DNA of 52,243 nucleotides from a virus (Duplodnaviria; Heunggongvirae; Uroviricota; Caudoviricetes): IMG/VR virus record IMGVR_UViG_2563366937_000007; one strand, 5' to 3'. Shown piece by piece: positions 49,458 to 52,243 of this stretch (position 1 is its first letter; each line of letters starts with the position of its first letter). The notes under the pieces were generated by a model. It saw only the letters and a program-made list of their open reading frames with translations, ran no database searches and was not told where the DNA came from. The position numbers and the translations under genes were made by a program.

Positions 49458-50259
49458 GCAACCACCTATCGCAAAAGCCGATCTGCAAAAAACTCAGGGA
49501 AACCGTGCACCAGCAGCAATTAAAAATAACGACGTGATTAGTTTTATTAACCAGCCATCAATGAAAGAGCAACTGGCAGCAGCTCTTCCACGCCATATGA
49601 CGGCTGAACGTATGATCCGTATCGCCACCACAGAAATTCGTAAAGTTCCGGCGTTAGGAAACTGTGACACTATGAGTTTTGTCAGTGCAATCGTACAGTG
49701 TTCACAGCTCGGACTTGAGCCAGGTAGCGCCCTCGGTCATGCATATTTACTGCCTTTTGGTAATAAAAACGAAAAGAGCGGTAAAAAAAACGTTCAGCTA
49801 ATCATTGGCTATCGCGGCATGATTGATCTGGCTCGCCGTTCAGGTCAAATCGCCAGCCTGTCAGCCCGTGTTGTCCGTGAAGGTGACGAATTTAATTTCG
49901 AATTTGGCCTTGATGAAAAGTTAATACACCGCCCAGGAGAAAACGAAGATGCCCCGGTTACCCACGTCTATGCTGTCGCAAGACTGAAAGACGGAGGTAC
50001 TCAGTTTGAAGTTATGACGCGCAGACAGATTGAGCTGGTGCGCAGCCAGAGTAAAGCTGGTAATAACGGGCCGTGGGTAACTCACTGGGAAGAAATGGCA
50101 AAGAAAACAGCTATTCGTCGCCTGTTCAAATATCTGCCCGTATCAATTGAGATCCAGCGTGCAGTATCAATGGATGAAAAGGAACCACTGACAATCGATC
50201 CTGCAGATTCCTCTGTATTAACCGGGGAATACAGTGTAATCGATAATTCAGAGGAATAA
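49450..50259 (+). CDS. recT: recombinase RecT (single-strand annealing protein)
   Basis: About 269 aa from [12 protein letters not shown]...; ATG inside the recE stop region. Confidence 0.85.
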
Positions 50260-50315
50260 TTCAGTCTGGCGGTGTAATGCACCGCCAACTTGAAATATTT
50301 TTTATGAGAAAAATT

Positions 50316-50510
50316 ATGAGATATGACAATGTTAAACCATGTCCATTTTGTGGTTGTCCATCAGTAACGGTGAAAGCCATTTCAGGATATTACCGAGCGA
50401 AGTGTAACGGATGCGAATCCCGAACCGGTTATGGTGGAAGTGAAAAAGAAGCACTCGAAAGATGGAATAAACGAACCACTGGAAATAATAATGGAGGTGT
50501 TCATGTATAA
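50316..50510 (+). CDS. ralR: restriction alleviation protein Lar (RalR)
   Basis: 64 aa MRYDNVKPCPFCGCPSVTVKAISGYYRAKCNGCESRTGYGG... with a Cys4 zinc-ribbon pattern. Confidence 0.7.
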   Translation: MRYDNVKPCPFCGCPSVTVKAISGYYRAKCNGCESRTGYGGSEKEALERWNKRTTGNNNGGVHV

Positions 50511-50691
50511 AATTACCGCCACTATTGAAAAGGAAGGTGGCACTCCTACTAACTGGACAAGATATTCAAAATCTAAACTAACGAAATCAGAATGCGAAAA
50601 AATGCTCTCAGGTAAAAAAGAAGCAGCCGTTTCCAGAGAGCAGAAAGTAAAACTGATAAATTTTAATTGCGAGAGACTTCAGTCCTCGTGA
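50503..50691 (+). CDS. ydaC: small protein YdaC-like
   Basis: GGAGGTG before the ATG; about 62 aa; position between lar and xis. Confidence 0.5.
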   Translation: MYKITATIEKEGGTPTNWTRYSKSKLTKSECEKMLSGKKEAAVSREQKVKLINFNCERLQSS

Positions 50692-50790
50692 ATTGCATTG
50701 TATTCAAATTAAAACTTCATAGCTGATTATTAATAATCAACATCGGGCGTCAATTTCAGTCTAACATTGGCGCCTGCCAGAGGTGATGCG

Positions 50791-51006
50791 ATGGCACAAG
50801 TAATCTTTAATGAAGAGTGGATGGTTGAATACGGCCTGATGCTTCGCACTGGTCTGGGGGCCAGACAAATTGAAGCATACCGCCAGAACTGTTGGGTGGA
50901 AGGCTTCCACTTCAAACGAGTATCTCCTTTAGGGAAGCCAGACAGTAAGCGAGGGATTATCTGGTACAACTATCCAAAGATAAATCAGTTTATCAAAGAC
51001 TCATGA
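50791..51006 (+). CDS. xisR: excisionase-like protein
   Basis: 71 aa from [15 protein letters not shown]...; AGGTGA before the ATG; directly upstream of int. Confidence 0.6.
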   Translation: MAQVIFNEEWMVEYGLMLRTGLGARQIEAYRQNCWVEGFHFKRVSPLGKPDSKRGIIWYNYPKINQFIKDS

Positions 51007-51007
51007 T

Positions 51008-52243
51008 ATGTCTAAATTACCAACAGGTGTCGAGATTAGAGGTAGATACATTCGCATCTGGTTCATGTTTCGAGGAAAACGATGTCGGGAAACATTAAAA
51101 GGCTGGGAGATTACAAATAGTAATATTAAAAAGGCCGGAAATTTAAGATCGCTGATAGTTCATGAAATAAACTCCGGTGAATTTGAGTATTTAAGACGTT
51201 TTCCCCAGTCCAGCACTGGGGCAAAAATGGTGACAACGAGAGTCATAAAAACGTTCGGAGAACTTTGTGATATCTGGACAAAAATTAAAGAGACAGAGTT
51301 AACAACAAACACAATGAAGAAAACGAAATCACAATTAAAAACACTCAGAATAATAATTTGTGAAAGTACCCCGATATCACATATTCGTTATAGCGATATC
51401 TTAAACTACCGGAATGAACTGCTGCATGGAGAAACGCTTTACCTGGATAATCCAAGATCCAACAAAAAAGGAAGAACCGTGCGCACAGTTGATAACTATA
51501 TCGCCCTGCTCTGTTCGCTGTTGCGTTTTGCGTATCAGTCGGGATTTATATCAACCAAACCATTTGAAGGAGTAAAAAAATTACAGCGAAACAGAATAAA
51601 GCCTGATCCGTTATCTAAAACAGAATTCAATGCATTAATGGAAAGTGAAAAAGGACAGAGCCAGAACTTGTGGAAATTTGCCGTTTACTCAGGACTTCGT
51701 CACGGGGAACTGGCAGCTCTGGCGTGGGAGGATGTGGATCTCGAAAAGGGAATAGTGAATGTCAGAAGAAACCTGACGATACTTGATATGTTCGGTCCCC
51801 CAAAAACAAATGCCGGGATCCGGACAGTAACACTACTGCAGCCTGCTCTTGAAGCACTGAAGGAGCAATACAAACTGACCGGGCATCATCGCAAAAGCGA
51901 AATCACTTTTTATCATCGGGAGTACGGCAGAACCGAAAAGCAAAAACTGCATTTTGTTTTCATGCCCAGAGTGTGTAACGGAAAACAGAAACCTTATTAC
52001 TCGGTAAGCAGTTTGGGTGCGAGATGGAATGCAGCAGTAAAACGTGCTGGTATTCGCCGCCGTAATCCGTACCATACGCGGCATACTTTTGCCTGCTGGC
52101 TGTTGACGGCAGGAGCGAACCCGGCGTTTATAGCCAGCCAGATGGGGCATGAAACTGCGCAGATGGTGTATGAAATTTACGGTATGTGGATTGATGACAT
52201 GAACGACGAACAGGTAGCCATGTTGAATGCGCGGTTATCGTAG
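51008..52243 (+). CDS. intR: tyrosine integrase (Rac IntR-like)
   Basis: 411 aa; C-terminal catalytic region with H-x-x-R-H-T and a terminal Tyr-containing segment; stop codon is the last triplet of the window. Confidence 0.9.
   Translation: MSKLPTGVEIRGRYIRIWFMFRGKRCRETLKGWEITNSNIKKAGNLRSLIVHEINSGEFEYLRRFPQSSTGAKMVTTRVIKTFGELCDIWTKIKETELTTNTMKKTKSQLKTLRIIICESTPISHIRYSDILNYRNELLHGETLYLDNPRSNKKGRTVRTVDNYIALLCSLLRFAYQSGFISTKPFEGVKKLQRNRIKPDPLSKTEFNALMESEKGQSQNLWKFAVYSGLRHGELAALAWEDVDLEKGIVNVRRNLTILDMFGPPKTNAGIRTVTLLQPALEALKEQYKLTGHHRKSEITFYHREYGRTEKQKLHFVFMPRVCNGKQKPYYSVSSLGARWNAAVKRAGIRRRNPYHTRHTFACWLLTAGANPAFIASQMGHETAQMVYEIYGMWIDDMNDEQVAMLNARLS

Overview
The window reads as an E. coli-type chromosomal segment carrying an apparently complete Rac-like lambdoid prophage of about 50 kb. 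All calls rest on reading the sequence and ORF track plus remembered family knowledge; no searches were run. Left flank: the end of an IS5-family element (1-90) interrupting an OmpC/OmpN-family porin gene, then uspF. The prophage starts just after a 17-codon 5' fragment of ttcA (about 1883-1936) and its integrase ends exactly at the window edge (52243), so the second att copy is not visible. Minus strand, right to left: racR/ydaS immunity switch, ydaT/U/V replication genes, a nin-like region (three unknown genes, an opposite-strand KilA-N gene, a hok-type toxin, DUF1367-like and YbcO-like genes, Q-like gene), tRNA-Thr and tRNA-Gly, a phage-21-type lysis cassette, the trkG moron, a ParB-like/YdaY-like pair, terminase, portal, head genes, lambda-like tail genes (V, G/GT, H, M, L, K, I, J), two side-tail-fibre modules and tfa. 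Plus strand, rightwards from racR: ydaG, ydaF, a DicF-like sRNA candidate, kilR, ydaE, racC, recE, recT, lar, ydaC, xis, int. The best candidate for something undescribed is the AT-rich cargo island between tfa and the attachment site (2095-4387): two proteins I cannot place in any family, bracketed by copies of the tfa 3' end. I could not identify a defined novel system with confidence. CDS coordinates follow the ORF track, with starts moved in frame where an upstream M looked like a TTG/GTG artefact; hand-derived coordinates (tRNAs, small ORFs, terminators, repeats) may be off by 1-2 nt.
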